DNA of 64,000 bases from Saprolegnia diclina VS20 (lineage: Eukaryota). The DNA lies in the NCBI RefSeq assembly GCF_000281045.1, contig NW_008246153.1, positions 104,246-168,245 on the forward strand, written 5' to 3'. The position numbers and the translations under genes were made by a program. Below, in pieces: positions 44,937 to 57,900 of this stretch; position 1 is the stretch's first letter, and each line of letters opens with the position of its first letter. The notes beneath the pieces are model-generated. The model was given only the letters and a program-made list of their open reading frames with translations, was not told the DNA's origin and searched no databases.

Positions 44937-47900
44937 TCATTGCGACGGCCACTTGGAGAGGACGCGCTGGACGTTGCGCTGGACGACGTCGTCGGGGCTC
45001 TCGTCGCTGACGTGGCGGAGCGTCTGCACAAAGAGCGCATCGGCCGCCGCCAAGGCGCCGCGACATGGCGCGTACTCGCAGAGGTTGCCGAGCGAGAAGA
45101 GGAGGATGCGCGCGGTGGGCACATCGAGCTCGTCGACTGCGCTGTCGTAGAGCGCGACAGGCGCGGACGCAGCCAGAAGGCTTGGTACGCACGTGGCCGA
45201 CTGCCGCACGAGATTGCCGAGCGCCGCGCCGGCGTTGGCGCGCGTCTTGGCATCGGCGCTGCGTAAGGCGAGCACGAGCGGCGGCACTGCTGCTTGGAGC
45301 ACACTCGAGAGAACGTCGCTGTGGAAGGCGGCGTTGCCGAGCGCAAAGCAAGCGTACCGGCGCACGGCCACGTCGGTCGATGACGCGCACGCGACGAGCG
45401 CGGCAAGGACACCGGCGGACGCCAATGGCTCGTACAGCGCGCCCGAGTGCCGGCAGAGGTTGCCGATGCAGTTGCAGGCTTTGGCGCGCACGCCGGCGTC
45501 GACCGACTCGAGGAGAAGACGTTGCAGGTCCTCGAGCAAATGCGGTGCGGTCGCAAAGGCCGCGTAGTGCGCCTTGGATGCGCGGGCGACGTGCGTCAAA
45601 AGCACGAGCGTGTCGAGGACGATCGCGGGTGTTGACGACGTGAGCAACCGTTTGGCTTGGAGCGTCTCAAGCCCGTGGGCAGAGGCGAGCTGGAGGCTAA
45701 AGTGGGGCGAGCTCGACACGAGGCGCGCGAGGAAGCTCAGTGGCAAGTCCATCTCGAGGTCGTGGGCGTCCATAACGCGGAGCAGCGCCGAGAGCACGTC
45801 GCAGGCGTACACGACCTCTTGCGTCTGAAACAAAAACTCCTCCGACGCTGCCGCGCACGTGAACGGGAGGCCGAGGATCTTGACGACCGCATGGACGAGC
45901 GCCTTGACCGCTTGGGGGCCACCGCCGAGCACGTCCGGCCAGTCGGCGAGCGCTGCAATGTGCGTCGGCGCGTCCAAGAGGCGGATGAGCTGCGGGAGCA
46001 GGCTTGCCTGCCGCGTTAGATGCCGGTGAAGGAGGCACCCACCGACGTTCAAAAGCTGCTCCGTGAGCCCGCGCAGCCACTTGAGCAGGCAAAAGAGACC
46101 CCACGGCGAGAGCGCGTCGTTTTGCAGGAGGGCAATGAGGCGCGGCCACATGTTGCACTCGTCGAGCAAGAGGAGGAAATGCTCGAGGCCGGCCACGTCG
46201 CGGTCGTCGACGAGGCGCGACATGGCGCGGTACAGCACGATGACGACGCTATCGAGAGCGCCGTTGGCGCGGAGCCCAAAGCATGCCACCGCCAGAAGAA
46301 AGACTGGGGACGGCGGGCGCTGCAACAGCGAGACGAGGTGCGGCAGCGTCGTCGCGTCGACGATCGGCGTCCGCGCCGGCGTCACAATGTGATCACCGAG
46401 GAGCGTGCAAAGCGCGGCGCCGACACCCGCGTGCACACCGTCGCTCAAATGGTTGGCGACGATCGTCGCCATGGAAAACACAAGGCCCCGGCGCTGGGCG
46501 ACCGCCAAGAGCTCGAGGCCAAAGTACCGCTCGTACGCATTCCAGTGAGCGCATGGCGCCAGGAGCACGCGCAGCAACGTTGCGCTATGGTCGTGGAGGA
46601 GCTTTTTCGAAAACGGCGCCGACGCCCGCGCGCAGTGCCCGAGGATCTTGAGCACACTGGCGACCATTGTCTGGTCGTCTTGCTCGTCGTCGTCGTCGTC
46701 CGCTTCGCCATGTGCATCGTCTGCGTGCTGCACGAGGACGTCGAGAAGACGGTCGAGGCCGTGTTGCAGCAGTGCGTTCGCGACCAGCGTGTGGGTGTGG
46801 ATGCGGGTCTGGTACGCAGCGTGCAGGGCGTCCATGGCGGCGCGGGGGCAGCGTGCGACGACAGGAAAGGGCGTCGACGCCACCGCTTCGTGCCCCGCGG
46901 TCGGGTGGACGAGCGCGGCGAGCGCGTAGACGCTCACGTCATCGCCAATCTCAAGACACGAGCAGATGCACTGCAATAGCGGCGTATGGGTCGAGAGAAG
47001 CGCTGCGTAAACGCCTGCGACGGTGTCATGGTCGGCAAGAAGACACCCGAGCCACTTAAGCGCCTTGGTGTGCAAGCCGCTCAAGTTTGGATCCGATAGG
47101 ACGGCGTGCATCGCGCTCAGCTCGGCGGCGACATTCTCGATGTGGCCCGGCACCATAAGCGTCCGCACCAACTGCAGCGCCACGTCGGGCGAGGTCCGCA
47201 GGACGAGCTGCGGTGCGTGCGTGACGAGCGCGCGTCGCAGCGCGGCGAGGGACGGCGACGCGTCGTTCTTGCTGCTCTTGGAGGCGTGGTACATGACGCG
47301 GTGCAGCACGTACAGCATACACCGAATCTCATCGTCGGGCGCATCGTTGGCCGTGCATGTCAGTGTGACATCGGCGGCGAGCGCCGGCGTCGCCGCGACA
47401 AACGCCTCGTAGGAACCGGCCGACGCCAACGCGGCTTCGTGCTGGGACCAGCGCGCGATGGGCGGTGGCGCGACCCGCGCCGTTGTTTCGTTGACGACCG
47501 CCACTGGCTGCAACTGGCCCGTCTCGGGGTCGACGGGTCGCCACTCGGCGCTCTTGTGCACCGGCGGCGCGCCGTCGTCAAAGAACTTGGGCAGTCGGCG
47601 CACCTGGGCTTCGAGGGCCTGGCGCGCCGTCGTCTGCTGGATGGTCTCGCACGCGAACGGGTGGGCGAGGATCTCGGGCCAGCTCAGGCGCTTGGCTGGG
47701 TCTTTCTGGAGCAAGCCGGTCAAAAAGTCTCTGAAGTCGTCGCTCATCGTCGGCGGGTACGTGACGCTCTCCTTGACAATGAGCTGGATGAGCGTCACAA
47801 TCTTATCCGTGTAGAACGGCGGGCGGCCGACCGCGAGCTCGTACAAGATGACGCCGAGCGACCAGAGGTCGACCGTGTGGTTGTACGGCATCTCCTTGAC

Positions 47901-48462
47901 GAGCTCGGGCGCCATGTACAACGGCGTGCCCTTGATGGACGTGAGCACGCTCGTGTCGGCCGAGATGGCGCGGGCAAAGCCAAAGTCGCAGAGCTTGATC
48001 TGCTGCTTCGTGCCCACGAGGATATTCTGCGGCTTCATGTCGCGGTGGATGATGCGGTTCGTGTGGAGGTAGTAGAGCGCTTGGAGGAGCTGGACCGCGA
48101 TCTTCTTGATCTCGTCTTCGGGCAGCTGCCGGTCGTCCTCGAGGATCTGGTACAGTTCGCCCTGGCCGTACTCGGTCACCATGCAAAACTCGGCCTCGGT
48201 CTCAAACGAGTCGAGCATCGAGATGATGTTGGCGTGGTTGAGCTGCCGCAAAATGTGAATCTAGCCAAGGAAGATATGACATAGACAGGCATGTGGCATA
48301 CTAGTATACCTCTTGGCGTAGGTTCTTGAGGTCCTTCTCGCTCTTGCCGCGCTTGGAGACGAACTTGAGCGCGACGATGTGGCCTGAGTACTTGCGCCGC
48401 CCGCGGTAGACCTTGCCGAACGAGCCTTCGCCGATGCGCTCAAGCACGTGGTAGTGCTGCAT
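44937..48462 (-). CDS. STK36: Fused/STK36 (TIO)-like kinase with C-terminal ARM/HEAT repeats, ~1158 aa; intron 48261-48309
   Basis: [34 protein letters not shown]...[41 protein letters not shown] part [40 protein letters not shown]. Confidence 0.92.
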
Positions 48463-48849
48463 CGCCGACAAGTGCAAATTTAGAACCCGCCGTCCGGATA
48501 CCATGGCGCCGCCATGCAGGCTAGACGCACGCAGCTTCTCCCTGTCCATGGACCTCCCACGCTGGTGTCTGCTCGTGTTGCGCGCCGGTGAGAGCGTGCA
48601 GGGACTGTGCCTGCCATGCCACGAGCCTGTTGATCGTGCTGTACACGTGTACTGGCCTGCAACGATCGGCACCAGGTCCAACGTTGGGTGCATTTAGCCA
48701 GACCCAACTTCAACCTCGTCGCCATGCGAGGGCGCCGAGGTGCGACCACTCTGCGCGCACAAGCCGCCCGGCGGCGCTACCAGCCGCAGCATCGCTCATG
48801 GCAATGGCACTCGCCCGGCGGACCTTTGTGGTACTGTTTCCGGCGACCG

Positions 48850-48859
48850 TATCCGGATA
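48850..48859. promoter_or_regulatory. TATCCGGATA palindromic upstream motif
   Basis: Perfect palindrome ~66 nt upstream of the giant-protein ATG; a second copy (48493-48500) lies 31 nt upstream of the divergent STK36 ATG. Confidence 0.6.
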
Positions 48860-48924
48860 TGGAAGCAATGCTCGAAGGGTCGTCGGCCGGATCCATCCTC
48901 GATCAAGTCGCGTCTCCAAATCGC

Positions 48925-51900
48925 ATGGGCAGGCGCGTGCTGGCCTGGAGCCTCCTCGTCCTTCTTCGGCTCTTCCTCGCGCCATGCAGCGAGGCTGCTG
49001 TCTTCTACCCGGAAGACGTCCCGAGCGTCCCGAGCAACGTCTACGCGTATGCCGAGAACACGTCGGCGCTGCGCGTCCAAGTGCTGCCGCCGTATGGGAT
49101 CCTGCCGCTCGGCAGCAACGGCGAGCCCGTGCTCGCGTACCAAGTCGACGTCGCGACGCGCATCCCAGAGGTCCAGACGTTTGCGATCAGTAGCAACGAC
49201 GGACCGATCGCGTCGGGTACGTACCGTCTCTCGTTGACGAATGCACATGGCGCGTTTGCGTCGCCCAACTGCGTGGCATGGAACGCGACGGCCACGCAAC
49301 TTGCGCTCGCGCTCAACGAGCTCCCGAACATTGACGGCGTCAGCGTGACGCAGTCGGCCTTTGGCGCTGCGCCACACGGCTTCATTTACACGATCTCGTT
49401 TACAGGCCCGGTCCTCGCCAACGGCCCACAGCCCAACGTGCTCGTCGGCAGCGTCTGCTCGCCCTTCTTGCCCGCGAGCAACCTCGTCTCGCTGACCGGC
49501 GCGCGCGTGACGCCGGGAACCTATGGCTTTGTGCCCGAAGTGTGGCAGCTCATGACGACAACGAATGGCGTCGGCCTTGGGGGAACCATGGACCTCTCGG
49601 TTGGCTACCAAGGCGACTGGGTGGCACTACCCACCGTGACGATCAGCGTCGATGCCGGGTCTCGCGTGGCGGTGACAACCGTCGCCAACTCGCTCAAGGG
49701 CCTTTTGAGCCGCGGCGACGTCGTGCGCATTGGCGGGCAGCGCTTCCGGATCCACGCGTCCGCGCCCTTCACCGACGTTCAAGTACCGCTCGACACCAAG
49801 CACATCCTCGGTGCCAACAACGTACCAGTCTACGTGTACGACACGGCCGTCGGCCAAGTCGCCGTGACGCAAGGCAGCGCGACCGTGGCGACGTCGACCG
49901 ACTTGACACTGACGGTGGCCGTCGGCGACGACATCCAAATCGGCGGCCAAGAGTTTAGCGTCCACGCCATCACGACGTCGACCGTGACCCTCGGCAGCAT
50001 CGCCAACGAGCTCGTGCTGGCGCCGTGGACCCTCGCCTCGTCGAACCAAGCGACGGTACTGCGCCGGAAGAAGGTGACGGTCCGCGCCGATGCCACGCCA
50101 CGTGAAATGCAAGCGCTTCTGTCGTCGCTGCCGGGCCTCGGCACGGCAGCCGTCTCGCGCGTCGGTCCGTCCAGTCAACTAGGCTACGTGTGGTCGATCA
50201 CGCTATCGTCGCTGGGCCCGACGAGCTGCCCGACCTCGCCGTGCCTCCGCGTCGATCCGCACTTGACCGACGAGTACGGAGGAGCTTGTGTTGGGTGCGC
50301 GGCGACCCTCGCCCCTGTACCCGGCAGTGTCGGCGTCCTTCCCGACTTTGGCACCCTTCTGTCGTCAACGGTGCTTGGCAGCGCCGTCTACGAGGTGCAG
50401 TCGATCACGACGTCAGCGACTACAGGACCCATTGGCGGCTACTTCTACCTCAACTTTGGCGCGTACTATACGTCGACAGCGTCCTTAGGCGCGCTGCTCA
50501 AGTACAACGAGCTCGCGAGCGACGTGCAGACGAAGCTCCAGGCCCTCCCGACGATCGGCTCTGTCAACGTCTCGCGCACGGCGATCGGGCTCGGATACCA
50601 ATGGCTCGTCACGTTCACGTCCAACATGGGTCCGCTTCCGCTGCTAAGTCTGACGGGCAACTTCCTCTCGGGCGCGGGCGCGACGATCACGGTCGCCGAA
50701 GTGACGAACGGGGTCCCGGCTATGTTTGAGACTGTGCTCGGCGGCGTCTCGAGCGCAGCACCACTGGCCGTGCGCGCACGCGCGCAAAATGGCATTGGGT
50801 GGAGTCCCGGGTCCAATCTGCTGCAGGCGTACGGCCAAGGGACCATGCAGCTGCAGGCGTACACGCACCGACCACCGACGGTGCCGCAAATCGCGTCCAT
50901 ACTCCCCGTGTCCTTTTCGCAGCTCCAAGTGACGTTTGTGCCGCCGACCGACAGTAGCGACATCACCAGCTACGAGATCGAGGCGACGACGGACGCTGGC
51001 TTTGGCACACCGATGGTCGTCGCCATCGACGTGTACAGTCAGGTCCCCAATGACATGCTAGGAACCTTTCAGCTCTCGTACGGCAGCCAGTTGTCGCAAC
51101 GACTGCCCGTGGACGCATCGGCGAGCGCGTTGGCCGCCGCACTCAACCGCCTGCCAACCATGCGTCCCGTGACGGCATCGCGATTGCTCTTTGTTCTTGG
51201 AGGTGGCTCGGCCGCCGATGCCGTCTCGGCCTTCTCCTCGTCTCTCGGAGCATTGACGCTTGGCGCACCGTTGACCTCGAGTCAAGTGGGGTTGCTCCCG
51301 GTGGGCACAGTGCTCGTTGTCAACCAGTTGTTGTTTACGGTCGCGTCGACGCCGCTTGCTGGTGATATTGCCGTCGCTGTGACCCCCAACGTCCTTGGCA
51401 CCGGGAGTTTTGCGGGCACGTTTGCTCTCTTTGTAGTGGACACCGTTGGAAGCGTACGTGGACCGCTCGGGTACCGATGGCGGGTGACGTTTCCCCAGTC
51501 GTCGTTGAGTAACAACCGCGTGTCCTCGATCGATGTCACCACGGCGCAAGGACTGAAAGTCGTCTCGTCGCTCACGTCGGTCGCTTCGGGCGCAACCATC
51601 ACGACACCGGCGGTTGCGGTACTGACGCCGCCAACGTTTCCTGCACATTACAGCTCGCTTGTCCTAAGTGCATCCAGCAGCAAGTGCAACACGTTTGTCG
51701 TCGGCCCGTCGTCGGCCACGCAAATTCTGCAGCTGTTTGCACCGACCACCGTCTCGGCCGGCTCGTACCAGCTCCAGTTGGAGGCGTCCGCCACTGCGTG
51801 CATCCCCTTTAATGCTGTCGCAAGCGGAAGTGCGCAGTCTCTCAAGACACTGCTCATGGCGCTGCCCAACGTCGGCCGCGTCTCGGTCGAGAGAACCGAT

Positions 51901-54900
51901 GTCTTCAAGCAGGTGCTTTTACCGGGCAGCCAAGTGGCCGCTGTCACGGGCTACAGCAGCTCGACAGGGCTGCTCACTATCGTGAGCACCGGGGGCCCGG
52001 GGCTCACCACCGCCCAAGCCGCGGCCCTTCCCGTCGGTGCGCTTCTCCGGGTGCAAAAGAATGCGGGCGACACGACGCAAGACGCATGCACCTTTACCGT
52101 GTCGACGGCGCCGGCCGCCCAAGCGACGACGATCGCAGTCGCCTTGCCCGACCCCTCGAAGCCGTGTGCCACCTTCACCGGCGAGTCGCGCAGCTTGCGG
52201 CTCTTTGATCTGCCAACATACAAGATACAGTTCTATGGCGACTACCCCACTGGCGTCTGGCCAACGCTGCGGGTGTTGAATGCCGGGTCCGGGTCCTGCG
52301 CCGCGTGGGCGCCGGCCGTGGCCGTCAAGAGTCGTATCGGAACACTCAAGTACGAAGGCCCGTGCGCGTCCGGATCGCCTGCCATTCAGACGCTCATCGC
52401 AGATGCCGACTCGCCACTGGGTGGCACGTTCACGCTTTTCTATCGGGGTCTGAAGTCGGCGCCGCTCAGTGTGACAGCGACGACGGCGGCCGCGGTCGCC
52501 GCCGCCATGCAGGCCATGGTCAACGGCCCCGTGACGGTCACGACGCTCCGTCACCGGACGTACGGTCGTGCGTGGCAGGTCACGTTTGCGCCGACGATTA
52601 CCGACGCGATCGACACCATCGTGGTCGACGACGCCTTCTTGACCGGCACGAATGCGGTCATGCAGTCGTTTCCGGTGGTCGAGTTTACGTCGACGTCGGC
52701 GCTGAATAGCTTGTCGGGCGACTGGACGATTGCACTCGACGATACGGAAACGACTCCGATTGGCGTCGCCGCGACAATGAACAAGGTGATTGCCGAGCTC
52801 GAGAAGCTCTACAATGTCAACGTCGCCATGGCCCTCACCAATGTCCCGAGCGATCAGAGCCAGATTGGGTACACGGCTCTTGCACTCTCGGTCACGGCGA
52901 CGGCCAACTCGCCCGTGCTCACGTCGGTGCTGTACAAGGCGAGCGCGATCGACCCGAGCTTGTACGTTGTCGCTGGGGACGTCATCCGCTTCAACGGCGA
53001 GACACACACGATCGTGTCCGTTTCGAGCGCCGACATTGTGCTGGCGGACAATGCGATTGGTGGCGGCACCTTCCCGGCGTCCGCGGGCACTCTCTTGCGG
53101 TCCACAACGTCAGCCCCAGGCTTCATCGCGACGTATGCCGTTGTTATCACGGTTGTTTCGGCCACGGCGGGTTCGACGACGCTGGTCGTCTCGGCGGGCA
53201 GTGGCATCGTCGCCGGCGATGTCATCTCGATCGGTGCAGCGTTCTATACCGTGCAACTCGTCAACGGTGTAACTCTGACACTGGCGACGGCGTATGCCGG
53301 TACCGCCGTCGTTGCGTCGACGCCGGCGACGCCCGTTTACCGCAACGCGTTCATTTCAACAACGGACCTCTCGTCGAATGTGCTGGTGGGGGACTATGTC
53401 TGGTACACTTGGCCCGACGGTACGTGGAGCGAGTATGTCGTGACGTCGGTCGGTGTCAACTGGGTCACATTTACTGGAGTCCTCAGAGCGCCAATTGTGC
53501 AAGGCACGCTGACGATTGGCGCCGGCGGCTTCCGGTACCCGATCGTCTTCAAGTCGTTGTACGGCAACCTGGCATCGGTGGACGCGCTTCCCGGGCTCAA
53601 CTGGGCAGGCCTCGACGCGCGTTTGCGCACGACCCGGCCCTACTTTGTCGCGCCAAACACGGTCACACTAGGGACGCCGTCCAATGTGCAGACCCTAACC
53701 CTCTCGGCAACGTCCGCCGCCGCCATTGGTACTGGGGCAACGTACACGGTATCGTTCATGGGCGAGACGACGACAGCCTTGCCATGGTCGGCCACCACGA
53801 CCACGATTGCGGCGGCGCTGCAAGCCCTCTCGGTCGTCGACGGCGTCACGGTGCAGTCGACCGCCGTTGGCGTTGGGTTTGTCCATACGATTACGTTTTG
53901 GGGCGCGAATTACAACCGCCGGACGCTCCCGCCACTCAGCACGACGTTCACCGTTGGGACGGGCGGCAACGCCGCTCAAGTCTCGATCACCCAGTTTACG
54001 ACCAGCAAAGGCTCGCCCCACACGGCCAGTGGTCCGTGGTACACCGCGCTCAACGCTGGCGCCACGTACGCGCTGCGGATCTCGGCAACCAACGCGGCAG
54101 GGTTTGGCGCTGCGAGTGCCGCCGTCACGGCGTCGACGGCCATGAACGCCGTGCTTCCATCGCCACCTCGGGGTGTGACGTTTGACGTTGCTCACGGCGC
54201 CACGTGGCTGGACGTGCGCTACCAGCCGCCCATGTACCACGGCGGAGCGCCCATCTTTATGTACAATATCGAGTATACGTCGGACCCTACGTTCACCAAC
54301 TTGGGCGTTGACGGCGGCACTATCACGGTGCGGCAGCAGTTTGAGATCCAACAAGTGGCCACCAGTTTCCGAAGGTACTTGGTCTCTTCTAGACAAGGTG
54401 TGCAGTCCTATTCTCTAGTGTAAATGGCCAAGGCGGTACGTTTACGCTGGCGTTTGGCGGTCAAGTGACAGCGCCCTTGCCGTACGCATGCTCGGCCGCT
54501 CAAATGACGTCGGCGCTGGTCCTTTTGACGGGCAATGCCAACGTCCCCGGGACACCGATCGTCGTCTCGCGCTTTGGTCTGGGGTGGGGCACGGCGTGGA
54601 AGATCACGTTCATGGCGAATATGGGTGACTTGGCGCTGCTGCGCGCCGACAGCACGATGCTGAATGGTGACTTGGCGCAGCTGCAAGTGACCGAGATCCA
54701 GCGTGGCACGCGCGACTTGAGTGTCGGCGCCTTTACGTACGATGTGCAAGACATCTATACGAGCGCGTCGTCGCCGCTGGTGGGTTCGTTCATCGTATCG
54801 TTCGACGGCGTCTGGACGGCACCGATCTCGGTGCTCGCGTCGGCGCTCGAAATGCAAACTGCGCTGCAAGCCACATCGTCCATCCATTCGGCCAAGGTCT

Positions 54901-57900
54901 CCAAGACGATCTTGAGCTCAGCGCTCAACACGGCGTGCTGGTCCGTGACGTTCGCACACATCAAGAACAACATCGTGTCGGGCTCGGGCAACATCTTTCC
55001 CCTGCAGATTGTGACGGCGACGCTAACGGGCACCCAGGCCAGCGTACAAGTGGCCAAGAAGGTGCACGGCACGAACCCGCTCGCCCTTCGCGTCTCGGGC
55101 CTCTCGCCGGGCACCAAGTATTACGCCCGCGTCATGGCCTACAACACTGTCGGGTACGGGTCGCCGACGATGCCGTTCGCACAAGGCATACCTCGGACGC
55201 AGCCGTCGGCGCCGAACACCGTAACGACGACCGTGTCCAGCGCCACGGCGCTAAGTGTTACGTGGTCGCCGCCTCTCAGCACGGGCGGTGCGCCCGTCGA
55301 CGCTTATCGTGTCGAGTGGTTTCGCAGCGCGGGGCAGCCCGTCGTTCAAACGATAACGACGTCGGCACTGCGCGGCTTGCCCGAGATCCAGCAAGTCACG
55401 AGCGTCGCGTCGTCACCGAGCTTGGGTGGCAACTTCAAGCTTGTGTTTCGGGGAAAGAGCACGAGCAACATTGCGTGGAACGCCCCGGCGACCGGCGTCG
55501 GCTCGGTGCAGTCGCTCTTGCAGCTGGTTCCCGGTGTTGGCAGCGTGATCGTGACGTCCGCCACGTCCATGCGCGCGGTGCCGGGGCTGTACGTGCTTCT
55601 TTCGACAGCCACGACGGCGATAGCGCAGGCGCCGACGACTGACGTCGCAACGTGCTGCGGATTCGCTGTGGGGAACGCGGTTACGATTGCGGGTCAACCG
55701 TACACGATTGCAACGTTGGCAGGCACCACGATCACGCTGACCGCGCTGGGACAAGCCGTGACGACGACGGTCCCGGTTCCCGTCTTTGTGAGCGCGAACG
55801 GGTTTACGTGGTCAATCACGTTTGGTGACATGCATATCGGTGACGTCCCGCCGCTCGTTGTCATGCCGAGTGACAACTGGGGCGGCACCAGTGCTGGCAT
55901 CTTCGTCACGACGGTCCAAAACGGACTGGCGCCGATCGGCGGCATGTTTCGCCTCACTGTGCCGCTGACCGTCAACGGTGTCGTCATGTCGCAGCAAACG
56001 GACCCGATTCCGTTCAACGCCTCGGCGGCCGATCTCCAAAGCGCTCTCCAAGCACTCGACACGGTGTCGTCCGTGGTTGTGACCCAGTCGCCCAACGGGT
56101 ACGGACGCAACTGGTTTGTCACGTTTGCGCACGAAGTCGCCAACGACGTACTTGCGATCGTTCCCGACGGGAGCGGCCTCACGGGGGCCAGTGCGACGAT
56201 CTATGCAGCAATCACGAGCCCCGGGGTGCAGCCCACGTACTACTGCGAGAGCAGTGGCGCCGCCGGAACGTGCCAGCAGCTCGTTGCCAGTACCGCGCAA
56301 ACCACGGTCGTGCCCCAGCTCACGACAGGTGTCCCGTACTTGACGCTTGTTCGCGCTCGCAACTCGGAGGGGTGGAGCCCGGGTGCGTGGGGTCTGCCGC
56401 AGTACGAGACCCCCCGGGGCATCTCGTCCGCACCGACTAATGTGCAGCTTTTGGTCTTGTCGAGTACGCTCCTCAAGGTCGTTTGGTCGCCGCCCGCAAA
56501 TCTCGGTGGTACAAGCGTGATGTCGTACACGGTGCAGTGGGATACCGATGTCGGGTTCTCGTCCGTCACGAGCCCTGGCTTCGACTACTACTCTGTCATG
56601 ATCGTGTCTTCGAGCGCGACGGGGCCATTTTACTACAACATCCCGATCGCGATGCAAGTCCCCATCTTTGCTCGCGTCGCTGCGACCAACGACCGGGGCA
56701 CGAGTGACTGGGCGATCACCGTGCCATCGTCGGTGCTGCCTCAAAACGTGCGCCCCGGACCGCCCATCTCTCCGACGCTGACCGTGGTCAGTAGCGCAGG
56801 ATACTTGGTTTCATGGCAGGCACCGTCGACGGCGCTTCCCGTCTTTGGCGGCTCGGGCGGGATCCCACTTACGCAGTACATGATCGAGTGGGATGTCTCG
56901 CCCACCTTTGACTCGCCCGCTGCGTTCGCCATGGTGTCGGGGACGACGCTGCAGTACGTTATTGGCGGCGAAAACGTTTTGACGGGCGTCGTCTCGTCGG
57001 TGCTCACGCCCGGTGGCACGTATTTTGTCCGCGTCTCGGCGTTCAACGGGCTCGGCGCGGGTCCTGTGGCGGCGACAACGCCGCTGTCGGCTGTCTTGAG
57101 CAACCAGCTGCCGAGCACCCCGAGTAGCTTGCAACTCACCGATGTGAGTGCGACGAGCGTCTTGGCTTCGTGGCAGACGCCAACGTTCGATGGTGGCCTG
57201 CCACTGCAGTCGTATGCGCTCATGTACGACGACAACAGCAGCTACTTGAGCGGACACGCCGCGACAGTCTCGGTGCCCATCGTTCGCGAGATGCAGACGC
57301 TGTGGGTCTCAACAGACCCCGTGTCCGAGACGCAGTACATTGAGGCCACGGTGCAGGTCACTAACGAACGCCAAACGGTCCGAACCACGGTACTCACTCG
57401 CCTTGCGGTCGTCTCGTTACCGAATCGCTTCTGTAGGTGACGGGCGTGGACGAAGTTCAAACGATCTCGACGTCGTGCGCCAACGTTGTCGACGAGGTCC
57501 AGACCATCACGACGTCGGCGACCGATCGGAACGAAGTGCAAACCATCGTTCTCGACGCAACGGTCATCAACGAAGTCCAGGGCGTCCGGACGTCTCTGAC
57601 GAGCGCCCCCGAGATACAAACCGTCGTCGTCGGCACGACCCGCGTCAATGAGATCCAGTCCTTTAGCATCACGTTTACGGGCATTACGACTACCGCGGGG
57701 ATAACTGGCGGTCTCGTGATCAGCCTCGATACCACCTTGTGCTTCTTTTGCGCCAACCAGATGACAGCGCAGACCGTCGACGTGACGACAGCGGTCACGT
57801 CGTCAGTCGACTCGACGGGCGCATCGAACTTTGTGACGGCACTGCAAGGTCTCTCCAACGTCGACACGGTAGTCGTCACGCGCGTCTCGACGCCCGACAA

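Noticed and set aside
48688..48924. Upstream in-frame extension of the giant ORF
   Set aside because: The signal peptide begins at ATG 48925; the upstream part overlaps the promoter motif and looks non-coding.
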